This document shows, one piece after another, positions 48,330-58,939 of a stretch of DNA of 64,000 nucleotides; the first letter of the stretch is position 1, and every line of letters begins with the position of its first letter. A program made the position numbers and the translations under genes. Below the pieces are notes generated by a model that saw nothing but the letters and a program-made list of their open reading frames with translations, did not search any database and was not told the origin of the DNA. Origin of the DNA: Methanothrix sp. (GTDB lineage Archaea; Halobacteriota; Methanosarcinia; Methanotrichales; Methanotrichaceae); assembly GCA_963682135.1 (NCBI GenBank), contig OY821645.1:32001-96000 (forward strand), in the 5' to 3' direction.

Positions 48330-48827
48330 ATGTCCAACACAGAGAAGTTTCTAAAAGAGGCATTTGCCGGCGAGTCGCAGGCCAATCGCAAGTACAGCGC
48401 TTTTGCAGCCAAGGCGGATAAGGAAGGATTTGCCCAGGCAGCCAGGCTCTTTCGGGCGGCTGCGGCAGCAGAAGAGGTTCATGCCGTAAATCATCTGCGA
48501 GTCCTGAAAGGCATCAAATCCACCAAAGAGAATATGCAAGCTGCCATATCCGGAGAGGACGAAGAATGGGAAGCGATGTATCCGGAAATGATTGCCGCGG
48601 CCCAGGCGGAAGGCAATAAGGCGGCAGAAACATCCTTCCACTATGCCAATGAGGTGGAGAAGATTCATTCCCGGCTTTACAGGAAGCTACTGAGCGATCT
48701 GAGCCCGAGCCAGGAGACCTACCCCTACTACGTCTGCCCCTATTGCGGCAATACGGTGGAGCGAGAAGCGCCCGGCGTCTGTCCCGTCTGTGGAGCTGAG
48801 GGCAAGCTCTTCATGAGAGTGGACTGA
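48330..48827 (+). CDS. Rubrerythrin
   Basis: AFAGESQA, EEVHA, EKIH, CPYCG...CPVCG. Confidence 0.95.
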   Translation: MSNTEKFLKEAFAGESQANRKYSAFAAKADKEGFAQAARLFRAAAAAEEVHAVNHLRVLKGIKSTKENMQAAISGEDEEWEAMYPEMIAAAQAEGNKAAETSFHYANEVEKIHSRLYRKLLSDLSPSQETYPYYVCPYCGNTVEREAPGVCPVCGAEGKLFMRVD

Positions 48828-48840
48828 TTTTTATTTTGAG

Positions 48841-50488
48841 CCTGACCTCCCCATTTTTTAGGCACACATATGAATGGCATCCAGAATTTGACGCTGTTTC
48901 TTAGTGATCTCGGTCGTGATTCTTTCTCCATCCGGCAAGACCATGATCTTGATTTTTTCGAGTTCAGTGAACAATCCCTCAACCGAGTATCTTTTATTCA
49001 GCTCGGCATCGATCATCATTCGCATGAGCTTCATCCTCAAGATCAGAGCAAGGAATGAAATGAATAGGTAGCCCCTTAGACTACTGTTGGTCCTCAGGTT
49101 CGCGGGCATCAAATCGATGTCGTTCTTCAGAACATCGAATCCCTTTTCAACGATATCCTTGCTTCTATAAAGCGCAAGACATTCCACCCACGTGAACTCG
49201 CCTCGATAAAGCAAGATAAACTTTCCCATTTTATTAATAGCCTGGGAGACCGCATTTTTTCTAAGTGATACCTGAAACTTACCGTCTATTGCTTTCCATT
49301 CTATAAACTTGGCATCTCTTTTCGCAGTCGCCCTGAAAACTTCTCCAGGATTCATCCAGGGTTTCAGGTTCTTGGACTTGAGCACTTCCATCAAATCGTA
49401 GAGTCGCTTATAAAACGTATTTCTTTCCTGCTGCTCTCTTTTCTGATCGTAATATGCATATCCGTTCAGCTTGTTTTCACCAACATCGATCTCTACAGGC
49501 ATCACAAACAGCGGCTCTTTTTCATAGAGTTTTAGATGCTCTGGATCGTCAATGCTTTTGTGGATAGCAGATATCGCTTCTTTGACGTTCTTGAGATTAC
49601 TCGTTGGCGGAATAATGAACGACAGATCTGCAGATATCATCTCCTCGATATTGTCGGTTGAAAAGAAGCCTCTATCCATGATCAGAGTATAATTTCTGAC
49701 GCCCTGTGCATTCATTTTCTTGATAGTATTCTTAAGCGTAGATACATCTGCGATGCTTCCTGGGTAGAGATCATACATCAACGGTATGCCCAGATCTTTG
49801 TCCACGACTAGAGACAGATTGATTTGAGGCAGGTCGAGGCCATCTCGATTATAGCCGTATTCAAGGAGGCTGATGCTCTGAGAGTAAGACGAAAAGGAGG
49901 TTATATCGTAGACTAGCGTGCTGGCTGTGGATACTTGCTCAATGAGTTTGCGAGAGAATTCCAGATTCACAGTACCTTCACCGATACTGCTTAGCATTCG
50001 TGAAAGGCTCTGTGATGATAAGGGAAGATTCGGATGGTCTTCAGACATGACCGTACCTTCATACCAGCTCTGGATATGGGTTAGTGCTCGGGGGTGTGTG
50101 GCATAGTTCATTGCCAGTGTCAAAATCGGCCGGACTTCTTTACCAGGAAGAACATCAGAGAGGATCTTTTCTAGCTTAAGGTCCTCTGTGATCTTCTTGA
50201 GTGGAACGAATTCGCCATGCGATAGCACTTTCTTGGGGATTTGGTCTTTGGCGCGAACCTTCACGGGAACTCCATTGACATTCTTTCCCAAGTATTTGCT
50301 TTTCTGCCGAATTTGCTTCTTTTCCTTATCGTAATAAGGTGTAATTTCATATATGTATTCCAGGCCATTTATCTTTTTGGTTCGAATAAAAGATTTCATG
50401 TTGTATTTAGGCACAGCATACTATTTATAGTTTTTGGTCATCGATGGCGAAAATTGATCAGATATGCCTAAATTTCGGGGAGCTTAGG
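48841..50488 (-). mobile_element. IS1634-family insertion sequence
   Basis: Imperfect 24 bp terminal inverted repeats (48841-48864, 50465-50488; 18/24 by hand); 6 bp target duplication TTTGAG (48835-48840, 50489-50494). Confidence 0.85.
48858..50399 (-). CDS. IS1634-family DDE transposase
   Basis: YDITS, GYNRD..LPQINL, PGSIAD, MDRGF, YRSKDIVEKGF..LK. Confidence 0.9.
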   Translation of the reverse strand: MKSFIRTKKINGLEYIYEITPYYDKEKKQIRQKSKYLGKNVNGVPVKVRAKDQIPKKVLSHGEFVPLKKITEDLKLEKILSDVLPGKEVRPILTLAMNYATHPRALTHIQSWYEGTVMSEDHPNLPLSSQSLSRMLSSIGEGTVNLEFSRKLIEQVSTASTLVYDITSFSSYSQSISLLEYGYNRDGLDLPQINLSLVVDKDLGIPLMYDLYPGSIADVSTLKNTIKKMNAQGVRNYTLIMDRGFFSTDNIEEMISADLSFIIPPTSNLKNVKEAISAIHKSIDDPEHLKLYEKEPLFVMPVEIDVGENKLNGYAYYDQKREQQERNTFYKRLYDLMEVLKSKNLKPWMNPGEVFRATAKRDAKFIEWKAIDGKFQVSLRKNAVSQAINKMGKFILLYRGEFTWVECLALYRSKDIVEKGFDVLKNDIDLMPANLRTNSSLRGYLFISFLALILRMKLMRMMIDAELNKRYSVEGLFTELEKIKIMVLPDGERITTEITKKQRQILDAIHMCA

Positions 50489-50617
50489 TTTGAGAGGAGA
50501 TTAGAGAAGAAACGAATAATCCGGTCTCCTCTCGCCTTATAATTTTTTTGCTTCGAGGCAATGTTGCTTTACTATTTGGTATCGAGACCATCTAATCCTG
50601 GAAAACTGCATTTCCCT

Positions 50618-51310
50618 TTACTTTCTGACTATTATCTCCACCCCGCCCGCTCTCGCCAGGTACAGCTCGTCCAGATTGTCGAATATGCCGTGCTCCACCA
50701 CCCCCGGAATGGGGCTGATCTTCGCCGCTAAAGCCGCCGGGTCTTCGATCACGCCGAAGTCCACATCCATCACGAAGTTGCCGTTGTCAGTGATCACCGG
50801 CCCGTCCTTCCTCACGCCCTGTCGCAGCACCGGCTTTCCGCCCAGCTCCATAAGCTGCCGCTCGACAAGCCGCGAGGCAAAGGGCAAGACCTCCACCGGC
50901 ACCGGCCAGGTGAGCTTCTCTACATACTTGCTCTCGTCGGCTACTATTACGAACCGCTTCGCAGAGCACGCTACCACCTTCTCTCGCGTGTGTGCCGCTC
51001 CCCCGCCCTTAATGACAGAAAGGTTATGGTCCACCTGATCGGCTCCATCAATGGCCAGATCCAGCACAGGGTGCAAATTGAGCGTGGTGAGCTTAATCCC
51101 AGAGGCGATAGCCAGGTTCTCGGCCTGAAAGGAGGTGGGAATCCCCAGAAAATCCAAGCCCTCCTCTTTCACTCTCTCGCCCAGCCGCTTGATGGTCCAG
51201 GCAACTGTGGAGCCCGTGCCCAGTCCCACCACCATGCCGCTCTTTACGAGCTTTGCCGCCGCTTCACCAGCTGCTTTTTTGGCATCTGTGTTGGCAGAAA
51301 CATCTTTCAT
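50618..51310 (-). CDS. rpiA: Ribose-5-phosphate isomerase A
   Basis: GLGTGST, DGADQ, KGGG, VITDNGN, GVVEHG. Confidence 0.95.
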   Translation of the reverse strand: MKDVSANTDAKKAAGEAAAKLVKSGMVVGLGTGSTVAWTIKRLGERVKEEGLDFLGIPTSFQAENLAIASGIKLTTLNLHPVLDLAIDGADQVDHNLSVIKGGGAAHTREKVVACSAKRFVIVADESKYVEKLTWPVPVEVLPFASRLVERQLMELGGKPVLRQGVRKDGPVITDNGNFVMDVDFGVIEDPAALAAKISPIPGVVEHGIFDNLDELYLARAGGVEIIVRK

Positions 51311-51328
51311 TGCATACCTCTGAAACCT

Positions 51329-52942
51329 TCAGCTCACGATCTCGCTCTTCACCGTGGTGAACACCGGCCCACGCAGGTCCATTTTGTGCTTGTAGCTGGT
51401 GATGTACCTCTCCAGCGCCGGATGAATTCTGATGTTGATATCACCAGGGCTTCTCACGATCCGGGCGCGCGTCTCCGATTCTTTTCCGGCCATGGTGGCC
51501 ACCTCGATCTCGTAAGCGGCAAGAGCTGCAAAAGCATCGATATACTTGATGCCCGTGGTCACACCCTCGTTAAAAGCCTCCTCCCAGCGTGAAGTGTGGG
51601 GAATGCCCATGATGTTCTGTTTATGCACCACGATCTCGTTTTGGGCCGCCGGACCGCATAGCTTGGTGTTCTCCTCCGGCTCGACCACGGATACCTTGAC
51701 ATTTCGTCCGAACAGCTCCCCCTCCCAGGCTGCAAACTCGCAGGGCGAGGGTGTCTCCCCGTACTCGGTTGAGACGGCCACCACAGCATCAGCAATGGCC
51801 TGACCGGATGGTGTCGTGGGCAGCTTCTCGACGGATATCATCTGTGCCATCTCGCGAGCGGAAAGCTGCCAATTGGTCTGAAACTGCGGATAGGATAGGG
51901 CCCGCATATCCTGGGAGTTATGCAAAATCATGGCCAGCCTCTCTACTCCCAGCCCCAGGTTCATGACCGAATAGGGAATGTCGTACTGCGAGAGAGCTGT
52001 GGGCGAGTAGATGCCGAAGGTGGCCACCTCTACCCATCCGCTCGTGTACTTCGTGGCCGAGCCGACCAGGCCAGGGTGATAGGCATAGACCTCGATCTGC
52101 GTTCCCGGCGTGTAGTACTTGCTTCTCTTGTCGTCCGGCCGGAACTGAAACTTCTCAAAGCCAAACTGGCTGAGCAGGCCGTCTGCAACAGCTTTTCCAT
52201 CCTCGACGCTTACCTCTTCACCCATGATGACGCAGCTTGCCGAATAGTAGCTCATCAGCCTGGCGGCATCCTCCGCCTGCTCGCGCCGGAAGCAGCGGTC
52301 CACAGAGAATAGCTTGAGAGGCAGCTTGCTGCGGTGATAAAGATTGGAGAGCGACAAAAACCACCCCGAGGTCATGTGGCTTCTCAGAGTGCGAGTGGTG
52401 GCCTCGGCCTTCAGCTCCCGAAACTCAGGGAATACCTTCTCCAGGACGACGGATATGAGAGCATCGTGCGCTCCCAGAGCTGCGGCGATTTCCTGTACGA
52501 GATCGTCGCCTTCCACCTTGCCCTTCTTGTAGCCATGCAAAATATGGCGCAGGGCCTCCGCCTCTTCCCCGGAAATCTCCCTGCCCAAAAGGGCGCTTAC
52601 CTGAGAGATCCTCTCATCAGACATGCCGATGTCCGGCCTCGGCAGGCCGGCCAGGTAAAAGCAGCGATCCAGTACAGCCAGAGCCTCCGAACCGAACTGG
52701 CGGTAAACATCCGATGCATCGACCATCACCGGGTTCATGGCCTCGCTGAAGCCCAGGCGAATGTAGGCCTCTCGAAGCTTCTGAACGGTATCGAATATGG
52801 GGTGCACTGTCCCGAAAGAATAGCTATTTCTGGGATATCTCTCGTTCAGGGAAGGCTTGCCGAGATACTCCCTCCCCTGCTGCCATGCCTTATCGAAATC
52901 CTCTTTGGCAGCCTCTTTAATAATGCTGGGATCAAACTTCAT
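51329..52942 (-). CDS. sepS: O-phosphoserine--tRNA(Cys) ligase
   Basis: QFGSEALAVLDRCFYL, LRSHMTSGWF, CFRREQ, NLGLGVERL. Confidence 0.95.
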   Translation of the reverse strand: MKFDPSIIKEAAKEDFDKAWQQGREYLGKPSLNERYPRNSYSFGTVHPIFDTVQKLREAYIRLGFSEAMNPVMVDASDVYRQFGSEALAVLDRCFYLAGLPRPDIGMSDERISQVSALLGREISGEEAEALRHILHGYKKGKVEGDDLVQEIAAALGAHDALISVVLEKVFPEFRELKAEATTRTLRSHMTSGWFLSLSNLYHRSKLPLKLFSVDRCFRREQAEDAARLMSYYSASCVIMGEEVSVEDGKAVADGLLSQFGFEKFQFRPDDKRSKYYTPGTQIEVYAYHPGLVGSATKYTSGWVEVATFGIYSPTALSQYDIPYSVMNLGLGVERLAMILHNSQDMRALSYPQFQTNWQLSAREMAQMISVEKLPTTPSGQAIADAVVAVSTEYGETPSPCEFAAWEGELFGRNVKVSVVEPEENTKLCGPAAQNEIVVHKQNIMGIPHTSRWEEAFNEGVTTGIKYIDAFAALAAYEIEVATMAGKESETRARIVRSPGDINIRIHPALERYITSYKHKMDLRGPVFTTVKSEIVS

Positions 52943-52987
52943 GCGTTCAAGCTCCTGAAAATTGGTCTTTTCTAATTCTATTACCCT

Positions 52988-53620
52988 CTATTTTTTGGAC
53001 TGCTCACGGTAGCTGCAGAGCGCTTCTTGCATCTTGGCCTGCTCCAGAGCATTTGTGAGGTCTCCGCGCGTCCTTTCCAGCATGCTCCTGGCGAGGTCGC
53101 TCTTGCGGCGCAGGCCGCGGGTTATGGCATCCGGATAATCGAAGAGCATGAGCAGGTGATAAATCTCCTCGATGATGTTCAGGAAATACTCGCCTTCCGC
53201 GGCTCTTCCGGCACGAATGAGATCCAGAATATGGCGACGCAGCTCTCCGGTGACATCTCCCAGGCCTGCCAGATAGTTGACGGCATCGACTCCCACCTCG
53301 TCGGGAGTCAGGATCTGGCGGCGTGTGGTTATGGAATAGACACACCTGGCTTCCGCATATTCCTGCTCGGCTCCATCCACAAATCCGGCGTAGCGTACAT
53401 CCTGGTGATCCAACAACACCTCTCGGATTCGCTCCAGGCCGATGGCAGCTTCCTCGATGTGCTTTTCTGCCAGGGCCAGGTCATTCCTGTGCACAGACCG
53501 GATGGAGGAAGAGCAGAGACGAATAACCTTGCGGGAGAGACGGTAGGCCTCTTCCCGGGCACGGTCTTTGCAGTCAAAACCGTCCAGCATGCTTTGGGAT
53601 AAATTATCGAAGATTGACAT
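52988..53620 (-). CDS. Translin family protein
   Basis: REEA..LSR, QEYAEA, YLAGLGDVTGELRR, LRRKSD. Confidence 0.85.
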   Translation of the reverse strand: MSIFDNLSQSMLDGFDCKDRAREEAYRLSRKVIRLCSSSIRSVHRNDLALAEKHIEEAAIGLERIREVLLDHQDVRYAGFVDGAEQEYAEARCVYSITTRRQILTPDEVGVDAVNYLAGLGDVTGELRRHILDLIRAGRAAEGEYFLNIIEEIYHLLMLFDYPDAITRGLRRKSDLARSMLERTRGDLTNALEQAKMQEALCSYREQSKK

Positions 53621-53628
53621 GTGTGTCT

Positions 53629-54399
53629 CTAGTCGAGGTTCATCATCTTCTTCAAGCGATTTACGGATCTTTGTCCCTCCTCTAAAGAGCGGGACTCTGT
53701 GACAATGCGGCCTTTATAATCCTTTAAGGCCGCAGTAACTTTCTTCCAGGGTACGGTGCCGTTTCCTACCGGCAGGTGCTCGTCTCTCTCTCCGTGATTG
53801 TCATGCACATGAGTATGAATCATCTTGTCCATAAGTGGCAAGAAGTTCTCTACATTCCCATTGGTATTGGCATGGCCCACATCAAAGATTAAGCCCACAT
53901 TCTCACGGTCTACCGTCTCTATTATCCCCATAATCTCTTCCGGCCGGCGGCCCAATATAGCGGGCATGTTCACCATGTTCTCCACGGCAATTCTCATGTC
54001 CAAATTCAGGGCATGATCGCAGATCTGCTGGATGCCCAGGATGCTCTGCGACCAGGCGGCATCGGGCATATGTGCTCCCAGCGGCGAGAAATGACCGGGA
54101 TGGAGCACGGCCAGGCGGGCAAAATCGCTGGCAAGATCCAGGCACTCTTTCATCTGCCGCACCGTCTCCTCCCAGATGGGCTGGTTCACAGAGGCCAGAT
54201 TCAGGTCGGAGTAGGGCAGATGAATGGTAATAATAAGGTCCGAGGTCTCAACGATCTGTTTTGCTTCTGCCAGGTTTTCACGCGTTAGCTTCTGCTTTCC
54301 TTCGTTTACGATCTCCCAGCCGCTGTAGCCCAGATCTTTCAATTGATAGGCCCAGTCAAAGGGCCTGTCCACCAGTTTACTGGAGGAGAAGCTAAACAT
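53629..54399 (-). CDS. Sugar-phosphate isomerase/epimerase (AP endonuclease 2-like TIM barrel)
   Basis: HLP..DLN, HPG, ENM, DVGHA, HVHDNHGERDEH. Confidence 0.85.
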   Translation of the reverse strand: MFSFSSSKLVDRPFDWAYQLKDLGYSGWEIVNEGKQKLTRENLAEAKQIVETSDLIITIHLPYSDLNLASVNQPIWEETVRQMKECLDLASDFARLAVLHPGHFSPLGAHMPDAAWSQSILGIQQICDHALNLDMRIAVENMVNMPAILGRRPEEIMGIIETVDRENVGLIFDVGHANTNGNVENFLPLMDKMIHTHVHDNHGERDEHLPVGNGTVPWKKVTAALKDYKGRIVTESRSLEEGQRSVNRLKKMMNLD

Positions 54400-54835
54400 C
54401 TGCTCCTTCCTGCATAGCTTCTACGATCTCGCTCAGTTCAACCTCTCGGACCGGTATGCCATTCTCGGTCTCAGGCGCCAGCCAATTGATAACGCTCTCG
54501 CCTCCCGTAATCTGCACATGCAATGATCCCAAGGCCTCCTCTTCCGGAGGAAAGCTCACAACTCCCATCAATGCAGCTTGCTTGCTAAGCTGGAATGTTG
54601 TGGCACTGCCCACCAGTCCGCGCAGCAATACCTTTCGGGCGGTGTCCAGAATCTTTTGCCTTCTCAATAGCTCATGCAACGTCTTCAGGCTATCCGGGCC
54701 GTTGTAGGCCTCAATCTTGTCGGCGCGAATGTCCATGATCAGACCGGGAAAGAGGTTCTCAATGGCTGATACAACCTTTTCCACCCGTTCTGTAGACCGA
54801 ACCGATGAGCAAATAGTAACCTCTATCGTTCTCAT
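54392..54835 (-). CDS. DUF54/UPF0201 putative RNA-binding protein
   Basis: TE..EKV..AIENLFP, QKILDTAR, KQAA, WLAP. Confidence 0.8.
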   Translation of the reverse strand: MRTIEVTICSSVRSTERVEKVVSAIENLFPGLIMDIRADKIEAYNGPDSLKTLHELLRRQKILDTARKVLLRGLVGSATTFQLSKQAALMGVVSFPPEEEALGSLHVQITGGESVINWLAPETENGIPVREVELSEIVEAMQEGADV

Positions 54836-54840
54836 CGCCC

Positions 54841-56082
54841 CTAGATATGGCTGGTCTTGTATCTGAGGATAGCAGCAATCCCGCCAAAGGCCTTGTAAAG
54901 CTGTTCTCCCTCTTCAAACTCCGTGGAGATGATCTTGACCTCTGTTTTACTCTGATCAGCCAGTTTTGATAATTCAGAGACAATATCTTCTTCTTCGGTC
55001 ATGGCGAGAGCTGCTCCACACTTTAAGCAGTTACCTAAAGGCGCAGCTACTGTGCTGCGAGTCTGATACTCAGAAAAGTCGCAACTTCTGCTGGTGCATT
55101 CGATCTTAGCTCGCGTCTTTCTCAGATCCTCAGAGAGAAGAAGAATCTCCACTGCCCCTAGCTCCAGGTTATGGCGGACCTCATCTTCACCGTAAGATGC
55201 CAGGCCTTTATCGGAAACCAGCTCCTTCATGAAGCGGCGCATGAGCATTTTGTCTTGAGTTACCTCCAAATCGGAGAGTTGCTCTTGAGCGGCATCCACC
55301 AGCTCGAACAATCCTGATTCGTCGGTATAAGATACATCCAGGGCACCCAGAATCTTCTTTTGCAGTTCATGATGCAAAAAGCCTCCCTCCACAAACTCCT
55401 CTTTGGTAGGGGATGGTCCACCAACCAGGATGCCCTGCAGATCCTTGGCATCGATGGCTAGGAATGCTTCGTTAGCCGATTCACCCACCCGTTTGTAAAA
55501 TTCATGAATGGCGATGAGACGCAGTTGCTGGAACCTGTGGCTGGACTGGCCGCCTTTTCTCTGTTTGCCAGGCACGGTGGAGGTTAGGTGCTTTATCGGT
55601 TCTGTGTACTTGCCTTTCAGAACGCCGATGGTCGCCTCTCGACGGTCCAGTACGATGAGACCGAAGGTTTTCTTATCGGCCAGCATCTCTTCCAGCGGCT
55701 CCAGGAGAAATGAAGAATTGCAGTGGTATCGATAAGTGACGATGGGATCGGGTGGCTCCAAAGCCACGCTGTACATCTCCGTCTTATTGGCTCCGGCATC
55801 CACGCTGCCAATGAATATGACTACCCCGTTGGCAGGTGGCTTGGGAATGAGCTTGAGCCGAGACATGGCCGACTCAAGTGAACCCTGCACGGAAAGTCTG
55901 GTGACGCGAGATTTTATGTTGGCTGCCTGGCCGTACTCCTCACGTAGCTGGCTTGTGACATCATGAATCTGCTTATCGGGGGGGATATAGAGAGAAATCA
56001 GCTCCGTCCCTCGACCCGTCTTGCTTCTCAGGCCATCGAGAAGACGCTTAAATTCGTATTTTTCCTGTGCAGTGAACTCCAT
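54841..56082 (-). CDS. prf1: Peptide chain release factor aRF1
   Basis: GTELISLYIP, NIKS, YHC, GGQS, FGGIAAILRY. Confidence 0.97.
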   Translation of the reverse strand: MEFTAQEKYEFKRLLDGLRSKTGRGTELISLYIPPDKQIHDVTSQLREEYGQAANIKSRVTRLSVQGSLESAMSRLKLIPKPPANGVVIFIGSVDAGANKTEMYSVALEPPDPIVTYRYHCNSSFLLEPLEEMLADKKTFGLIVLDRREATIGVLKGKYTEPIKHLTSTVPGKQRKGGQSSHRFQQLRLIAIHEFYKRVGESANEAFLAIDAKDLQGILVGGPSPTKEEFVEGGFLHHELQKKILGALDVSYTDESGLFELVDAAQEQLSDLEVTQDKMLMRRFMKELVSDKGLASYGEDEVRHNLELGAVEILLLSEDLRKTRAKIECTSRSCDFSEYQTRSTVAAPLGNCLKCGAALAMTEEEDIVSELSKLADQSKTEVKIISTEFEEGEQLYKAFGGIAAILRYKTSHI

Positions 56083-56193
56083 CGGGAATCTCCCAAAAAC
56101 ACTCACGGCCAAGATATAAAAGGCTTCTTCAAGACAGGAATTATAAAAAGAAGCCTTAAGTAAGCGGTCACCCTCATTAGATGCCGTGATAAT

Positions 56194-57006
56194 ATGGATT
56201 ACCTATCAAGTGGATTCTCAGATATCGATCATTCAAGTGATTCCTCTTTTTTCACATCCTGCCTGGCTACCCTGAACTCGCTGCCCTACTTCCAGGAATA
56301 CAAGAGAAAAAGCTTCGATCTTATGAATGCCCAAGAGGGTTCCAGGGTCTTGGAAGTGGGCTGCGGCCTGGGCTTTGATGCCATTGCCCTGGCCAGGATC
56401 GTGGGAAGCACCGGACGGGTAGTGGCGGTGGACTGCAGCCAGACTATGCTGGAGGCGGCCTGGTCTTGTGCTGAGGACCTCGGCCTTTGCATAGATTTCA
56501 CGCTTGCAGATGCCGGCCATTTGGACTATGATGATGGATCATTCGACTGCGCCAGAGTGGACCGAACTCTTCAACATATACCCGAGCCGAAGAAGGTTCT
56601 AGCAGAGATGGCCAGGGTCACGAAGAGCGGCGGGCGTATCGTGGCCTATGAACCTGACTGGGGTACTTTCACCATAGGGTCTGTGGACCGACAGGTTACT
56701 CGCAAGATAACCGACTTCTGGTGCGACACATTCAAGAGCGGCTGGATGGGGCGTTACCTCTACGGGCATTTCATGGCGATGGGACTGGAGGGGGTTCAGG
56801 TTTACCCAAGCACCCTGGTGATCACTGATCTTGACCTTGCCGAAAAGGTCTTCGATCTCTTCAAAAACGCAGAGAAAGCTATGAATTTAGGCCTGGTATC
56901 AAGCTCTGAAGTTGCTGTCTGGTTAAAGGGACTCAGGGAGGATAACCTCAAAGGCAGGTTCTTCTGCTCCTATACCGGCTTTCTGGCCTATGGCAGGAAG
57001 CGATAA
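56194..57006 (+). CDS. Class I SAM-dependent methyltransferase (UbiE-like)
   Basis: VLEVGCGLG, SFDCAR.DR.LQH, EPDW. Confidence 0.9.
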   Translation: MDYLSSGFSDIDHSSDSSFFTSCLATLNSLPYFQEYKRKSFDLMNAQEGSRVLEVGCGLGFDAIALARIVGSTGRVVAVDCSQTMLEAAWSCAEDLGLCIDFTLADAGHLDYDDGSFDCARVDRTLQHIPEPKKVLAEMARVTKSGGRIVAYEPDWGTFTIGSVDRQVTRKITDFWCDTFKSGWMGRYLYGHFMAMGLEGVQVYPSTLVITDLDLAEKVFDLFKNAEKAMNLGLVSSSEVAVWLKGLREDNLKGRFFCSYTGFLAYGRKR

Positions 57007-57282
57007 ATTGAAGCTATGGGGCCTGGCCAGCCATCAAGCCCCTCGCTCCGACCAAAATTGCCTTCCTCCTCTTAATGGCTGACGTTCCGGAAAGTGTGAA
57101 GGTGCAGTCAGGCTATAAGCTTTTCTTTTGAATTAATATAAAGATAAGAAGGAGGGAGGCAAAAGTCAATTGGGTGTAGGAGGGAGAAAATAGTCTATCG
57201 ACCTTTGCCAATACACTATACGTCAATCGTCGAATAAATAGTTTTCGGTCCCTTCTGGAAAAGATCACTTTCAGAACTACCT

Positions 57283-57401
57283 CTTCGGGCCGCACGCCCT
57301 CACGCCCGGTTAAAAGGAATCCAGAAATCGTGGAGTCGTCGTTGTTCAGATCCACTTGATCTGCATGAATCGAACTCTGTTTTCGCGTTTCCCTGAGATC
57401 C
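57283..57401 (-). pseudogene. Remnant of IS200 tnpA 3' end
   Basis: Minus strand encodes SQGNAKTEFDSCRSSGSEQRRLHDF, matching the TnpA C-terminus SQGKTKAESQFCRSKESGQRRLDDF; followed by GCGTGCGGCCCGAAG as at ~4675-4689. Confidence 0.75.
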
Positions 57402-57542
57402 CCTATTTCAAGCAGAAGTATAAGATGTTAATAATTGGGTAAAAATTTGGGGCAGTCATCACCACATTATGAACGAGATTAGCATTAGGTCTCCCAACAC
57501 CTTTATTAATCAAGTTACCATTTCCAGAAAGAGGCTTGAATT

Positions 57543-58286
57543 ATGGAATTCCTTGACATTATGAGCATCTCACACCGCTATATGGAGATACTAAATCCTT
57601 CCACGCCTGAAAAGATCATCAAACTTGGCAAATTACTCAATTTGAAAAAAGGAAAACGGGTCATTGACTTCGGTTGTGGTTGTGCCGGCCCCCTTACTCT
57701 CTGGGCGGAGGAATTCGGTATTACAGGTATTGGAATAGATATATCCGAGGATTTCTGCGACAGAGCTAGGCAAAAACTGGCTTCGAAAGGTTTATCGGAC
57801 CGAATCGAAATCGTTTGCTCCAATGGGGCGGATTACATATTCGAAGAAGGGGTTTTCGATGCCGCAACGTGTATTGGGTCAACGTTTATCTTTGGCGGCT
57901 TCCCGCAGACACTCCAAGTACTGAAGCGAGCTATTCATCAGAATGGACGCCTTGGCATCGGTGAAACCCACTGGCTTAGCAATCAGGTACATCCGGTATA
58001 CGCCCAAAAACAGACAACTACCCATACGGAAACGCAACTAACACAATTTATCCGGGATGACGGCTTTGAACTCGAATACATCATTCGTGCCAGCTACGAC
58101 GACTGGGACAGGTACATTTCCGATGGTTGGTATGGACTGATACGTTGGCTCGAAGAAAATCCCACCCACACTGACTATGAACAGGTATTCAAGCATTTGC
58201 GTACTGACCAGGATGATTATTTACAGTTCCAACGCCAATATATGGGTTGGGCCATGTATTGCCTCGCTCCCATGAAATCTCGTTGA
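57543..58286 (+). CDS. Class I SAM-dependent methyltransferase (YjhP-like)
   Basis: ILNP, VIDFGCG, CIGST.IFGG, DDWDRY, Y.GWA. Confidence 0.85.
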   Translation: MEFLDIMSISHRYMEILNPSTPEKIIKLGKLLNLKKGKRVIDFGCGCAGPLTLWAEEFGITGIGIDISEDFCDRARQKLASKGLSDRIEIVCSNGADYIFEEGVFDAATCIGSTFIFGGFPQTLQVLKRAIHQNGRLGIGETHWLSNQVHPVYAQKQTTTHTETQLTQFIRDDGFELEYIIRASYDDWDRYISDGWYGLIRWLEENPTHTDYEQVFKHLRTDQDDYLQFQRQYMGWAMYCLAPMKSR

Positions 58287-58458
58287 AATGCAGTCATTTA
58301 CGAAAATATTTTTTATTGACACTGCCTAAACACACTTGTATATGCTACCACCCTAGAGCAGACTGTTTTTATATAATAATTTTCCGAATAAATACTCAAA
58401 AAATAAGTTATCATGTCTCAGGACGGGTTTGCAGCGCATGCAAAATGCCTCTTCAGGC

Positions 58459-58866
58459 TTATGCGGTAATCTTGGTCCTGGCGATGTACTTGATCAGCTC
58501 CGGGCCGATCCTGGCTTTTCTCTGAATTTGATCGGCTACCTCGTCAGCAGATGCACCGCTGGCTGCCAGGGTGTGAATCTCCGCGAGTGTGGCATCGTCC
58601 ACGGTGAAATACTCATCCAGGTCCTTTCTGTGGCCCCATACGTCGCCTTCCAGCATATCAATGCCCTGCATCTCCAGGAAGACCTGAATGGCATTGGACA
58701 TGGTCTTGCGGTAGGATGGCGGAACCTGAATCATTCTCAGCCTGGGGCATCTCTGCATCAGATTAAGGAAATCTACATTACTGGCCCGAAAAGCCAGATG
58801 AACTGTCTTCTCATTGGGATTCAAATTGGGGATCTCATTTCTGGCGCTGATTACTCTTAGTCTCAT
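58459..58866 (-). CDS. DUF1699 family protein
   Basis: MRLRVIS..EI..LNPNE..VHLAFR, GDVWGHRKDL.EY. Confidence 0.85.
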   Translation of the reverse strand: MRLRVISARNEIPNLNPNEKTVHLAFRASNVDFLNLMQRCPRLRMIQVPPSYRKTMSNAIQVFLEMQGIDMLEGDVWGHRKDLDEYFTVDDATLAEIHTLAASGASADEVADQIQRKARIGPELIKYIARTKITA

Positions 58867-58939
58867 TTTATCACTCCAGACCATAAAAGGCATTCATAAT
58901 ATTAATAGACACTTTCGCTGTACACATCAGACGCGATTC

